Source of the DNA: Lama guanicoe
Lineage: Eukaryota
Length of the DNA stretch: 64,000 bases
Direction: 5' to 3'
Assembly (NCBI GenBank): GCA_013239625.1
Contig: MU053561.1
Coordinates: 3,302,283-3,366,282, forward strand
The notes under the pieces were generated by a model, which saw only the letters and a list, made by a program, of their open reading frames with translations, did not search any database and was not told the DNA's origin. Shown in pieces: positions 38,873 through 51,137 of the stretch (position 1 is its first letter; each line of letters opens with the position of its first letter). A program made the translations under genes and the position numbers.

Positions 38873-39390
38873 TGAGATAGGAAGGAAGAGGGCAGGGCAC
38901 AACCATTAAAAGAATGACACAGCATTTGAGCCTAGGACATAAACTGGTTAGAACCAATTAGGCCCAAGATGGCAGAAGAGTCAACTTCCGGTAGACCTTG
39001 AACCTCATTATAGCCTTATTGTAATATATTAGCATGCCAAATGACACACCCACAGGTGCCATGACAGTTTCTAGGCTGACCATGAAAGACCCATAAGTGT
39101 TGCCCAATTCCTGGAAATCCCTGCTCCTTCCCCAAAACAGTTGAAATAATCCTCCCATTTTTTAGCTTATGAAATTACCCAGCTCATAAAAACTAACCAC
39201 CCCCACATCTCGGGGCCGATCTCACTTTCCTAGATGACCCCAAGTCTGGGGCCGCCTCTCTTGCCTTCTGAGATGCCCCGCACTCTGTCTACGGAGTGTG
39301 TACCTCCCTGAATAAATCTTACCTTTACTTCACTAGGGCTTGCTCTTGATTTCTTTGCTGTGAGAGACAAGAACCTACTCTCTGGCAACA
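38873..39390 (+). mobile_element. Solo ERV1-class LTR, MER41-like (copy 2)
   Basis: TG...CA termini, AATAAA at ~39311, 4-bp TSD CTCT (38869-38872 / 39391-39394); collinear with 1247-1913. Confidence 0.88.
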
Positions 39391-39931
39391 CTCTGGCTGG
39401 GGCAGCCTCTTGCTATACTGCCACCAGTCTAACCATTCACCCATACTTGAAGACCCATATCAAACCTAGGTCTTCAGAAACCCCTTCCTAAACTCTCTTG
39501 CTGAGTTAGATTTATTCTTCCATAGAATTTCATGGCATGTTATTTGCATTTCTTGTTTTTCTATTGTTACCTTCATTTCTTGACTCCTCCCGGACTCCAC
39601 TGAGTTGTAAACTCTTGGACACGCAGAACTGCATAAGATTCAACTTTGTGTCTCTTCCTTCCCTTCCATGTAAGAGCCGCACTGTGAACCTAGTAGGCAT
39701 TTAGTACATATCTTCTTGAATTGGGGGTCAGAATCCCTGGGTTTGAGGCTTGTTTTGGTTGTGCAATCTCTCTCATGTCGTTAGATCTCTTAGCCTCACT
39801 TATCTGTAAGATCAGAATGGTGAATTAGGTGATCTTTAAGGTCCCTTCCAAATTTCAAATTCCATGAAGCTATGTAGTCTATTCTTATCCCTGGAAAAAT
39901 AAATCTAAATATAAGCCCTACTGATACTGGG

Positions 39932-40555
39932 TGTAGTTGGTCACTGGGTTGGAGATGGACACAAATTCTTGGATTTTCCTCTATGTCCCCTCTCCATTAA
40001 TCTGAGCTGCACTGTGACTTGCTTTGACCAGTAACAGACTGCAGAGGACAGGACACTGTGCCAGTTCTGGGCATAGTGAGTGGGTGTCCAGAGATAGGAC
40101 CAGAGTGAAGGAGAGGGAGGGTGAGGAACAAACTGGGATGTTGGGACTCCAAAGAAAGGCCTTAAATAGGGTCTGGCAGTTTTGGTTTTATATATACCAG
40201 GAACACTTGGTGTTAGAGACCTGAACTGTTATGTAAGAAGTCTGGACAGATAGCTGGAGAGACTACAGGGAGAGGTCTTGAGTCTAGAGGGAGACAGAGG
40301 GGCCCATGGAGTCCAGCCTTCTAACCAGCCCTGCTGAGGTGCCAGGTGTGTGAGTAAAACTGTTCTGGACCCTCCAGATCAGTCTCACCACTAGCTGAAT
40401 ACCACCGAGTGATCCCAGGGGATGTCACCTGCGATCACGCACCTGAGCCCTGCCCTCCTTCCTGATTTACAAAATCACAATACATAATACAATGGTTGCC
40501 CTTTAAGTCACCAAGTTTAGGGTGGCTCATTATGCAGCAACAGGCAACCAGAACA
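39932..40555 (+). mobile_element. MLT1 (F/G/H-like) MaLR LTR
   Basis: tgtgacttgctttgacca...tgtgccagttctgggc...ccactagctgaatacc...ttaagtcaccaagtttagggtgg...atgcagcaacaggcaaccagaaca. Confidence 0.75.
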
Positions 40556-41695
40556 GTGTGTGGGCAGCATTATCCTTTGTGTGAAATTTGCAGTATAACA
40601 TGCAAATATTTGATAGATGCTGGGGAAAATATATACAAATACACACATTCATAACGTGGGCTTGAGGAAGTGCATGGCATTTTGTGCTATTCCCACGGAC
40701 TTTTGATTTCTCGAGTCAACGAAATGGTCTGTGGATACATTTCTAGAGCCAACTGCACAACCACTGCACAACCAGGGCTCCCCTGAGAGAGGTGCTCCAG
40801 GCCTATGATGTAGCAGGAGCGCAGTGTCGGGACTTGTCAAGCGGGTGTAGGAGGAGGCAGGGAATTGCAATGAATGCCTGAGAAGGTGGAGCCCACACTC
40901 AAAGAGGGCTTTGTCTGCTCCTCAACACAGTGTGGCCATTTCCTCGGGGCGAAATTTTCAGTTTGGGAGAGATCTGCAATTTGAAAAGGGGGATTTTAAC
41001 TCCTCCTCTCCCCAGCTAATTTAAACCTTCACTGATCCCAAGGGAGCTTTTTAGTGCAGTATAATAAGGCCACTTTCAGAATCATAGCCTCTTTTTCTGA
41101 ATGTGTTTCTTATGTAAATGCTGCATCAGACATTTCCCTTGTCTTTACACTTAAATTCTGCTTTTAAAACCTGCAAAATAGAAACACAGAGAAAGACACC
41201 TTGAAAATACTTTGGGCTTCATCTCTTTTCCATTTTTACCCCAGGCTACCCACATTTTTTTTTTTAAATCAGTGTTCAAGTCAAGCATATTTTAAAATCA
41301 TCTCCTGAAGAACTGGGAAAGCCAAAAAAAAAAAAAAAAGGAAAGAAAGTAAAGAAAGAAAGAAAAAGATTCCTGCACATTTAGGTTGCCCAAATATACC
41401 AAGAAATACAAGTGCACTTCATAATGATCTATTAAACCTCAGAATGCCACAGTGAAGTCAGATGGCCCAGAGCAGGGGAGTCAAGGGACATTTAAACAGG
41501 CCTCATCTGAGGCCACTGTGCTCCCCTCTCGCACATCACAGTGTTTCTCAAGGCAATGCTCGGAGAAGGGGGAAGAAAAAGGCCTGGCTGCATAAGTCTC
41601 TTTCAAGGTTTTCCTTTTTCCTGACTCCCTTCCACTTCCCCAGCGCCTGCCCCTAGGGAGAATTGGCCAGGATTTAGTGTTTGTGGCCCACTCAC

Positions 41696-42260
41696 TGTGG
41701 ATAGGAGGGAAGGGGACAGCACACAGCCATTAAGGAATGACACAGCAATTAGCACCAAGATGGCAGAAAAGTCAACTCTCAATAGACCCGGAGGCCCAAG
41801 GTGGCGGGAGATTCCACCTCCAGTGGACCTTGCACTGCATTATACACGTTGTGATGCACTAGCATGGTGAGTGACACGCCCACGGGCCCCTTGACAGCTC
41901 GGAAGCTAACCAGGAAAGGTCAAAGAGAGGACAGTGGCCCAGGTCGTGGGAATCCCCACCCTTTCCCCCAAAGTAACTGGAATAATTCTCTTACTTGTTA
42001 GCATGTAAACACTCTCTCTTGCCTTCTGAGATGGCCTACATTCCTTCTATAGAGTGTGTACCTACCTTTATTTTAACGTCCCCACCCCATGCATCTCTCT
42101 GAATGAATCTACCTTCACTTAACTATGGCTTGCTCTAGATATGTTTCCTGTGTGAAGCCAAGGACCCTCACTTGGCAGGGCGAGTCCCAGGGACTCAACT
42201 GAGACCTGGGACACCACGGCCATCCTCTAGCACCCCACCCCCACTTTTCCCTTGTATTAA
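41696..42260 (+). mobile_element. Diverged MER41-like LTR (copy 3, variant 3' end)
   Basis: tgtggataggagggaagggg...ccattaaggaatgacacagc...tgacacgcccacggg...ggaataat...ctctcttgccttctgagatg...accttcactt aligns with copies 1 and 2; 3' boundary uncertain. Confidence 0.75.
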
Positions 42261-42417
42261 TGGTACACCATATGACTGACTATCATACCACACCTGTGGC
42301 CATTTGTTCACATCTATTTGCCTGCTTGGGAACATAAGCAGGGAGGGGAGATGGATTGTATCTCATCTCCATTTTCCTGCACACAGCAAAAACAATAGCT
42401 AAGGAATAAAAATTTGC

Positions 42418-42463
42418 TGAATGAATGAATGAGGGAATGAATGAGGGAATGAATGAATGAATG
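42418..42463. repeat. (GAAT)n-like simple repeat
   Basis: tgaatgaatgaatgagggaatgaatgagggaatgaatgaatgaatgaa. Confidence 0.85.
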
Positions 42464-43179
42464 AACTTCAATTCCAACTCAGGCACTTACTAGCAACATT
42501 TCCCTGGGCAAATTTGTTCACCTCTGAGAAGACCCTCATGTCCTTCGCTGTGAGATGAGGAGTAGCAACCACCTCCTGGGCAGCTGTGAGGGATAAAGGG
42601 GTGACAATTGTGGCAGAACAAGCCAAGCATGCAGTAGCTTCTCAACTGAAAGTTTGCGGCTGCTCATTTCCAGACCCACCTCCTAAAGCCGAAGCCGCGG
42701 AAGGAACCGCCCGGCCTTCCTAGGTGCTCCCGGGGCCCCTGCAGGACTTACTGCGCCCACATTACTGCTCCACCTTCCTGGCTGTCACTTAAACCAATTC
42801 CCTTAGGACCTAGTCCTTTAACTTAAGGCTTAAATTCTATTTAAAAGGCAAATCTTGGGTAGGGAGAAGGGGCTATTTCAGGCTGTTATCAGTCACTGAA
42901 ACTTCTGTGTGGGTGGGATGAGAAAGAGGGGGATGGAGGGAACTGGGAATGTTAGGATTCCACAGAAAAGAATCGGGAGGGGCTGCCTGGGATACAGGAG
43001 AGATGGGGTGGGGGTCAAATCCGAGCTTTTCCTGCTGCTGGGAAAGAGTGCAGTAACTTAACCTCTTTGAATTGCAGTTTTTTGATCTATAAAATGAGGC
43101 TGATACTAGCTAATATATGGAGTGACTCTGGGGTTAAGAGAGGCAATATAGCAAACGCTTAGTAGATGGTTGGCACCCA

Positions 43180-44480
43180 CGCGTCAGGAGGTGCGGTGGG
43201 TGCTGGAGAGAGGAACGCGCGGCACCGCCAGCGGGCTCTGCCAAGTCGCAGCAGGCGAGTAAAGTTCTCTTTGTGGCCCATCCTGGCCTCAATTTCTCAG
43301 GCTCTGCTCTTTGCCTGGGGCCTGCTGTGACCACAGTGACAGCCATCTAAATTAATTATGACAGAATGCACCTTCTCCATCCTCAAATTCCCAGACAGAG
43401 GCGAGAGTACAATAGTATTTCATGCCAGCGGAGACAGTGGGCCTCAACCTCAGCTCCAGGAAGGAAATGGTGAAAATATTCCACCATTCAGTTGAAAGCT
43501 AAGAGAAAATACCAATAGGTGGGAGGCAATTCAGTGGACTCAGCGGGGCAGGGACCGGGTGGGGCGGCGGCCAGTTGCGCCCCCACCCCAGGCGTCAGTA
43601 AAACCCGCCCGGAACCCGTCGAGGTGCTCGCGCCCTTTGTTTTCCTCTCCGGCATCTTCCTTCCCCTCCCACCGCAGTCCCGCCCGCGGCTCCTGCATCC
43701 CCTCCAGGTGCCCCAGCGGGGACGGCGGGTCCCCCCTCTGCGGCAGCGCAGGCGGCTTGGAGCGCGGGGAACGCCCGCCAGCCACGGCGCCGGCCTTTGT
43801 CGTCCTCTTCCCGCCCCTCCCCTGGCTCCACTTTCGCTTCCTTCCTCTTTCCCTCCTTTCTCCTCCCTATTCTTCCCCACTTTCCTCCCCGCCCCCTCCC
43901 TCTTCTCCCTTCTCCCTCCACCCCCTGCAGCCTCCCCGCGCGTGCCCCGACCCCTCCCGGTCTGGAACGCCCCGGGAGAAGGCTGATGCCCTGACAGCGA
44001 TCCCAGCACGCCGCTGACCTTTTCCCGCCTTGCCAGTGAGAAGGAGTTGAAAAGACCTCTCTGCAGCTTGCCCGGCTGCCTTGTCCCAGTCGGCCTGCTG
44101 TGCTGCGGGAAGCCCCAGCGCCGGGCCCTTCTCTCGGGCGGTCCACAGCCCCCGCACTGTCCTGTGTGATCAGTCTCGGTTGGCGCCAGCCCCAGTAAAC
44201 CCGTCAGCCTCGGTGGTCCCCAGATACCACCCCAGAGCCACATACTGGGGAAAAAGCAAAATATATCAAAGCAAAGACACCTCCCTCTCCCTGCTGGCCT
44301 CTGGGTACAGAGATACTGCTACAGGGCTCAGTGCTCATCGGGCCCATTTAGGGGGTGGGGGTGCGGGCACCCCTGGGGTGGGACCGGGAGGGGGCCTCTC
44401 AACACTAAGACTGCGGGTCCTTCTGGCAAGGCCAGGCTGCAGAGCAGAGCCCCACCCTGATTCAGTCCCGCACTCTGGAA
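43180..44480. promoter_or_regulatory. CpG island
   Basis: High GC and dense CpG, with GC boxes (gtggggcggcgg, cccgcccc), no interspersed repeats, and a pyrimidine tract at ~43803-43935. Confidence 0.85.
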
Positions 44481-46208
44481 GCCTTTGACATTTCCTCCCC
44501 CGTGGGAATGGGTTTCACTACAGGTCACATTGCTGCAGGAAAGAAAAGAGAATCGTGATCTGAATTGCTGTGGAAAGTGTGTCCTTAAAATCTTATTAAG
44601 GTTTATTTTTAGAGCCCGTGTCTGCTACTCTTACTGCCAGAGACAAATTCTAGAGGGGTCTCTCAGCTTGATTGACCTTTAAGAAAAGGCTTCAGAGATG
44701 AGAGAAGAGGAGGTAGAGGCAGGTTCTGTCCTGAGAGGGCAGGCTTTAGCTATGCCGACAGCCCTCACCCGCCTTGACAGGGGGGCAGCCCTGGGCTGAG
44801 TCCAGAGGGCATCTTGGATGCACCCAATAATGCCAGGACAGTAGGAATCTTTCCCAGGGGTGAAGGGCATTACCCCTCCCATCTTCCAGCCTAGATACCA
44901 CATAAGACAGGTCTCCCTACCCACTCCCACCCCACCCCCACATGCAGCACGCCCTGGGAACAGGCCAGACTGACCTCATAGCAGCAACCTCTCACAGCAG
45001 CAAACAATTGTTGCGTGCTTTCTATATACCAGATACTGTTCTAAGTGCTCTCCATGCAGTAACTCACTTAATGCTCACCATCCCCCTATTGTTATCTCCA
45101 TTTTACTGATAACAAGACAGCCTTACAGGGCTTACACAATTTGACATGACAGAGCTTTCTGATTTTTTTCCTTTCCTAAGAGAGTCCCCACCCACAGGCA
45201 CCCTGCCTAAGCCCTACTGGCCAAAGAGCATGGTGAGGACGGTCCCACCCTGGGAAGCCCTGGGCATGGGGGCTGAGGATCTGTAGGAAGCACAGTGCTG
45301 AGGAGGAGGGAGCACGAGGCAGCCCAGAGGAACTGCAGAGGGAGTGACTCTGCATCAGCCCTCTGGCAGCTGGTGCCAAGAGCTGCCTCTCCCTGCCAGG
45401 CTGCGGAACCCATCGCCCACATCTGCATCTTGAACTGGCACTTCTCTCCTAACAACCCGGCAGCAGCTTAGTATCTCCCTCTCCATTAAGAGTCCAAAGA
45501 GTCACAGGATGTAACAGCCCCCATGGTCCACAGCTCTCCCAGCTTTGAGGGCAATATGGAGGCTACGAGTACAATCCCCAGAGACCCAGAAAGGAGGGGT
45601 CTCAGAGAGTGATGCTGCCCCCCACTCACAGGCAGAATGACTAGAGAGGGGAGGGCCCTCACCCACGAGTTGTGCCCACCTGGGGTGCAGGGAGAGGCTC
45701 AGGTCAGAAGGGGATGGAGTGTGGGATGCAGAAACTCAAGGACATGATCCTGCTGTGGCTCCGGGCACTGTCTTTTTTTGGCTCAAAAGCTGCCTCTGAA
45801 CCAAATGTTTGCCAGCTCCCTTCTTATTGGGGGGGAGGGGGTGTAGAGATCTCATGGGTGGGCCAGAGCAGGAAAGGGGAGCAGACACCGGGGGGAGTAA
45901 GGGGAAAGCTGGAGGGGCTATTCCTACAGGAGCAAAATCAAGCCACCAAAGAACTAAACTGCCTCCCTTCTCCAAGCAGGACCCAAATCACCCTGGAACA
46001 CTGCAGGGGTGGGGTGCCTTGGAGTAGCAAAGGAAGAATGCCCAGGCGGCTCTAAGCCACTAGCGGTGTTGAGGGCCAGTAGGAGAGTGAACCCAGGTAC
46101 ACACATGTGGACGCACAGCCACGAACCTCCAGTCTGCCCCTTCCACATGACTTTGACACAGTTTATGCTCTTCTTGGTCCACACCCACAACTGACATAAG
46201 CCTCCCGA

Positions 46209-46242
46209 CCACACACACACACACACACATACACACACACAC
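46209..46242. repeat. (CA)n microsatellite
   Basis: cacacacacacacacacacatacacacacacaca. Confidence 0.9.
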
Positions 46243-46809
46243 AAGTGGGCAAAATAAAGACACAAAGTGACAACCAGTGAGGCACACCCTCATGAGATAT
46301 ACCTTTGTCCATTTATACAGACCGGCCCAGACCCAGAGGTATACCATGACACATCCTAAAATGTGACCCCTGGGCATTCCTGGAGAAGGTCCCCATGGCC
46401 CACTGCTGGCCATGCCCAGATAGCAGACTCCAGAACCTGGGTGTCTAGAACCTGGTCATCCATAGCTTAGCTGCTCAAGCCAAGGCTGGTGCTGGGAAGC
46501 TCTGAGAACCCCAGGAATTGCTCTGGGGAGGTGCTGGGCTTCCCATAGGGATTTTAGGCACTCAAACTGGGATTATCCAAGAAGCTCTGGGAACATCTCA
46601 GGGAGAAGGGGGAGCTTTGTCCACTTTGCATGGCCTAAAGCTTCCATAGGGTTCCTCTTCCCACGTGGATGGTGGTCAGTGCTGATGAACCATGCTCCTC
46701 GGCTCCACGGTGTCCGCTGGCCTGGATGCAACATATTACATGCCCACCATTTGTTCTGTGTGTAGATCCACACAGGAAAACCACCAAACCTGGAGGCTGA
46801 ATAGCATGG

Positions 46810-47010
46810 GACTAAAAACACAAATCATGAAGCCAGGCGGCCTGGGTTTGAATCTATGCTCTGCCAGCGACTGTGTGACCCTGGGTAAATTACTTAACCT
46901 CTCTGGAGCTGGATTTTTCTCAACTGTGAAATGAGAACAATAATACCTACCTACCTCCTAGGGTTATTGTAAGAATTAAACGGATACATTTGAACCAAGT
47001 GCTTAAACGT
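46810..47010 (+). mobile_element. MIR SINE
   Basis: cctgggtttgaatc...ctgtgtgaccctgggtaaattacttaacctctctg...ctgtgaaatgagaacaataatacctacc...agggttattgtaag. Confidence 0.8.
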
Positions 47011-47779
47011 GTTGTACACTGAGTTCTAAAGAGGTGGGTAGACGGGTGAGGGGGTGGGAGGCCCAGGGGAAGGCCAAGGGGTGGCTGAGGAGGAGAGGAG
47101 GTTGGGGTGAGGAGAGGTAAATGGTCTGAAAATGACCGCAGACCTGTGTCTCTGTGCTGTCAACTTTGATATTCTGGAAGGAAAATAAATAAAAGCGTAT
47201 TTCCTCAGAGAGTACGGTGTGCTCAACCAGAAAGCCACGGAATAAAAGGCCATTTCCTCATCATTATATAAGAATATCAAAGATAATGCCTCCTTCTCAG
47301 AAGAGCCCCGAGCACTTAGAGATCGCAGTCAGCCAGCCCAACCTGCATGGCCCGGTGCTGGGTGGCCGGGGTGGCCAGCTGCCAGTGCCCGCTGCTCCCG
47401 CAGGCGGACAAGCAGAACATGGGCCAAGGGCATCACGGGGAGCCCTTCCCACCCCCACCCCCTACCCCTCACCCCCCTACATCCCACCGCACTCAGCGTC
47501 AGCGCTGCCTCCTCAGAGTTTCCGCAGCAGGTCCACCGCCACGCGGCTGACCTACACAGAGGCCTCTGACCTTGGAAGTCAGCTTAGAAGCCTTGGAAGG
47601 GGTTCCGCAGAAGGAGGGTGGCCTATCTCTGCGCACTGCGTTGTCAATGGGAGAAATGGGGTGGGGAGTGCAGACCTGCCTGCAGCAAATTGGAACTTCC
47701 TCCCCGCCTCTTTTGCAGGCTCCGTTTTTGTCTCAGAAGGTCCCATGAGCAGAGCAGCCAGACAGACGCTCCAGGTGGA

Positions 47780-47945
47780 AGGCCAGAGAGTGACTGCTGT
47801 CCTGCCCAGCGCAAGCCCTCGGAGCTGGGCGGGCTCCACTTCCGGGGCGGAGAAAGCCAGGTGGGCACGACTCCGGGGTGAGGGCCCGCCCCTCTCTGGT
47901 TCAAGCTCCAGATTGGACGACACACCGGAAGTGAGGTTTTCTCTT
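47780..47945. promoter_or_regulatory. TATA-less promoter-like motif cluster (ETS/GABP x2, Sp/KLF x3, CCAAT)
   Basis: GGGCGGG (~47827), ACTTCCGG (47838-47845) overlapping GGGGCGGAG (47844-47852), CCCGCCCC (47885-47892), ATTGG (47912-47916), CCGGAAGTG (47925-47933); CpG-enriched from ~47300. Confidence 0.7.
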
Positions 47946-48489
47946 TCGTCTGAAAAAGCAGAGCCCCACGGAAGGGTTCTATGCATCCGAAGAAATTTCA
48001 GAGATCTGCTGACTCTATAGGGCCACTGAGGCAAAGAGAAGCTGTCCAAGATCAAGTGTGAGTCCAGTCGAATGAAGGCTTGATGCTTTTCTTCACTATT
48101 AAGCATATTTGGTATTTTCCTTTTAGGAGAGAGGGAAGCAGGTGGCTCCCAACTTGAGTTCTTGATGCCCTGATTTTGGACGTCCTGCCTTCCTGGGCTC
48201 TCAGATACACACGTATGCTTGGAGCTGCTCCTGAGCACCTTCTGCAAAGGATGTATGGACCATTACCACTTCCTGAACATTCTGGCAACTGGCACCAGGG
48301 AAGCCCAGATTCATAACACTTTCTGCCTGGATTTCTGCAAGGTCTAGGTCTCATACAGCATCATATGACAAGTAAAACCGCTGTATTCCTGGTGCTTAGA
48401 GTCAGGCATGTAGTAAGTGCTCATAGCTTTTCAATGCCTCCCTGTCACTGAGAGCATAATAAGAACAATGACCGTGGCGGCAACAGCGA

Positions 48490-48700
48490 TCACCACCATC
48501 GGCTGAGTGCTAACTATGGGCTGGCACAGGTCTGCATGCTTCGCATGTACTGCCTCCTCTAATGCTCTCAGCAACCCTGTGGGACAGGTATCTTCCTAAC
48601 CACATGTTACAGATGAGGAAGCTGAGGCACAAAAAGGTTAAGTACTTTGCTTAAAGCCACACAGCTCCTAAGTGACAGGGCCAGCATCTGAACCCGGGTA
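48490..48700 (-). mobile_element. MIR SINE
   Basis: gagtgctaactatgggctggcac...caaccctgtgg...ttacagatgaggaagctgaggcacaaaaaggttaagtac...cacacagct. Confidence 0.8.
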
Positions 48701-51002
48701 AAGTCCAAGCATCAAGGTGTGAGGACTCAGCCCCCATCTCCAGCTTCAGCTCTTGACACGCTCCACCCTGCGTCCCACTGACAGCTTTGCACCCCTCTGT
48801 CTCTCTCTGTGTAGGCTGTTTTTCTACCTCATCACCTTCCCTCCAGCTTCTCCTGGGTAATACTTACCTCTCTTTCCAGATGCATTTTACCTGCTGTCTC
48901 CTCTTGGAAAGCTCCCCCATCTGCATGCTCTAAGTCCTCAAAGCTTAGCTGGGTGCCCCTCATTTGTGCTTCCCTAGCAATACGTGTATGACCCCATTGC
49001 ACCTGCTGTGAAGGCACGTTTGTCTTCTCCCACACGAGTCAACAATGATGTCCTAGCCCTCATGGTATCACCAGTGCCTGGCAGCGTGGTTGGTACTTGG
49101 TCATTGCTTGCTGAGTTGTGAATGTTACCTATAAAAGGCCAGTCAGTTGAGACTTTGCAGACACATACATACAGATAGTTATGTAAGTAACTTAGTGACG
49201 TCTCACACACTGTCATCATGACAACGAATCAGATCTTAGTCTAAACCATTCCTCAATTGCTTGCAAGCATTTTAGAGAAATGCACCAATATGTACAAAAG
49301 GGTTCAATCTTCCTTTGAATAGCTTTAACTGTAGTCCTCTAGATCACAGAGACTTAGAACTGGACATAAGAGACTGGGTTTGAGACTACTTCTAGCCCTA
49401 TTAGCCATGGGGAGTTCTTTACTCTCTTGGAGTCTTCACTTCCCCATTTGGAAAGCCAAAGTGATTGCTCCCTTCCCAGCCTTTTTTTCTGGGGGTGATC
49501 TTGGTAAAGCAAAAGAAATGAGGCATGTGAAAGTCTTTTATGAACTATAAAGCACTATAAAAAACATAAAATCCCCCAGGACATCTTGCTTTCTTTGTAG
49601 ACATCAGAATCTGGTTCTTTATAAAAATTCCTTCTGCCTTAGAATTACTTCTCTTTAGAACAAACTAGTTACTTGAAGAAGAAAACAGGTCATACTGACC
49701 TTTCATCTGGGGGCCAGATACTAAGGTACCAATATTAGTTCCAATTTTATAGCATTACATGGAAGTTGCACGATAGCATTTCATAAAGTGTCGGGCTGAT
49801 TTACTGTGTCATTGATTTATTCATGCTGTTCATAGGCATACCAAGGTTCTGCATTTGCCCAGCCATGCAAGGTGCTCTTAAGATTGCTATCTTATCTTCC
49901 CCATATCATGGCAACCCCACGAGGTAGGGTTTATGATCTCTGTTTTACAGATAAGAAACCTGAGACTTACGGAGTTTATAAGTACCTTGCGCATGGAAAT
50001 TCAATGAGATATTAACCATTTTCTTTAAAAATATTTTTTCTATAAAATTTAATCTATTTATTTTCATCTTTGCTTGAAGACTTAAGTATTTCCTCCTTGT
50101 TAAATCACTGACACCTGCACAATCATTTCTTAGTAAAAAAAAAAATGCAAGTGCAAAATAAGTTGACGGGAAAAAATGCAAATTCCGAAATTTCAGAAAT
50201 GTTTTTCTTATGCGCTGAAAGCAGACCCTGCAAATCAGTTTCTGAAGAAAGATGGGAAAGAAAGTGAAGTATGACTGAAAACTTCAAGAAGTATGAAAGA
50301 CTTTGCCCTGAGGACTTTGGTCTGTTCATTCCTGCTGGTAGATTTCTTTTGTGTCTTGAAGGGATGGGAGCTATTTTTACCCCACATTTTCCCCTCTGTT
50401 CCTTCAGGCATTGGGCTGGAGACCTCAGGCCTGAAACAAATATTTTCTCTCCCACCCCTTGTCATTCTAATCTTCTTTGGCTTCAGTGACTCCAGTATTT
50501 CTCTGTCTTCTGTGGGCCAGAGAAACCAGAATCCCAAAGCTAATTTGACTCATGTTCACAATATGGCAGCCTTATCCAGGGTCTTCCCAAGAGTTGCTTT
50601 ATTGTCTTGAGTCCTTGCCTTCTGCATGCTTAGCTCACTTTAAAGGACAGACTCTGTGAGTTTGCAGGATATGAGAGAGGGGGAATACTCTTTTGATCTT
50701 AGTTTTATCTTTGTGACTCCACCTTCACCTCTGCTGGCCCAGAAAACATAGAACAATACCCATTTCTCTGAAGGTTTTAGGAGCTGCCCCCAACTTTTGG
50801 AGGAGCCTCAGTCTGGTGAGTCTGATGAGTTCATTCCCGAGATGTGTGTGAACTGAGCAGGCCAAGGGTGCAAAGTGGCAGCAGACTCAGCTGGGCACCT
50901 GGAGGAGTGGTGCCCACAGGGCAGAAGCTATTGCCAAGCAAGTTCCCTCGAACTAGAAATGGCCTTCCCTAAGAACTTCACTGTGGAAATCCTATTCATT
51001 TT

Positions 51003-51137
51003 TTCTTTTTTTTTTTTTAGGTGGGAGAGGTAATTAGGTTCATCCATTTATTTACATTTAGAGGAGGTACTGGGGATTGAACCCAGGACCTCATGCATGC
51101 TATGTATTCCACCGGTTGAGCTATAGCTTCCCCACCA
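51003..51137 (-). mobile_element. tRNA-derived SINE (Vic-1-like)
   Basis: gaggtaattaggt...ggtactggggattgaacccagg...tgagctata; TSD aaatccta(t/c)tcatttt (50987-51002 / 51138-51153). Confidence 0.9.

Noticed and set aside
1247..39390. Two similar LTRs as the ends of one provirus
   Set aside because: They are 37 kb apart, each has its own distinct TSD (ATAT vs CTCT), and no gag/pol/env lies between them; they are independent solo LTRs.
43488..44488. Long ORFs (up to 251 aa) in the CpG island
   Set aside because: Gly/Arg/Pro-rich frames open on both strands are a stop-codon-depletion artefact of high GC.
47217..48247. 267-aa (+) and 222-aa (-) ORFs over the promoter cluster
   Set aside because: Non-ATG starts, low-complexity composition, mutual antisense overlap and no known motif.
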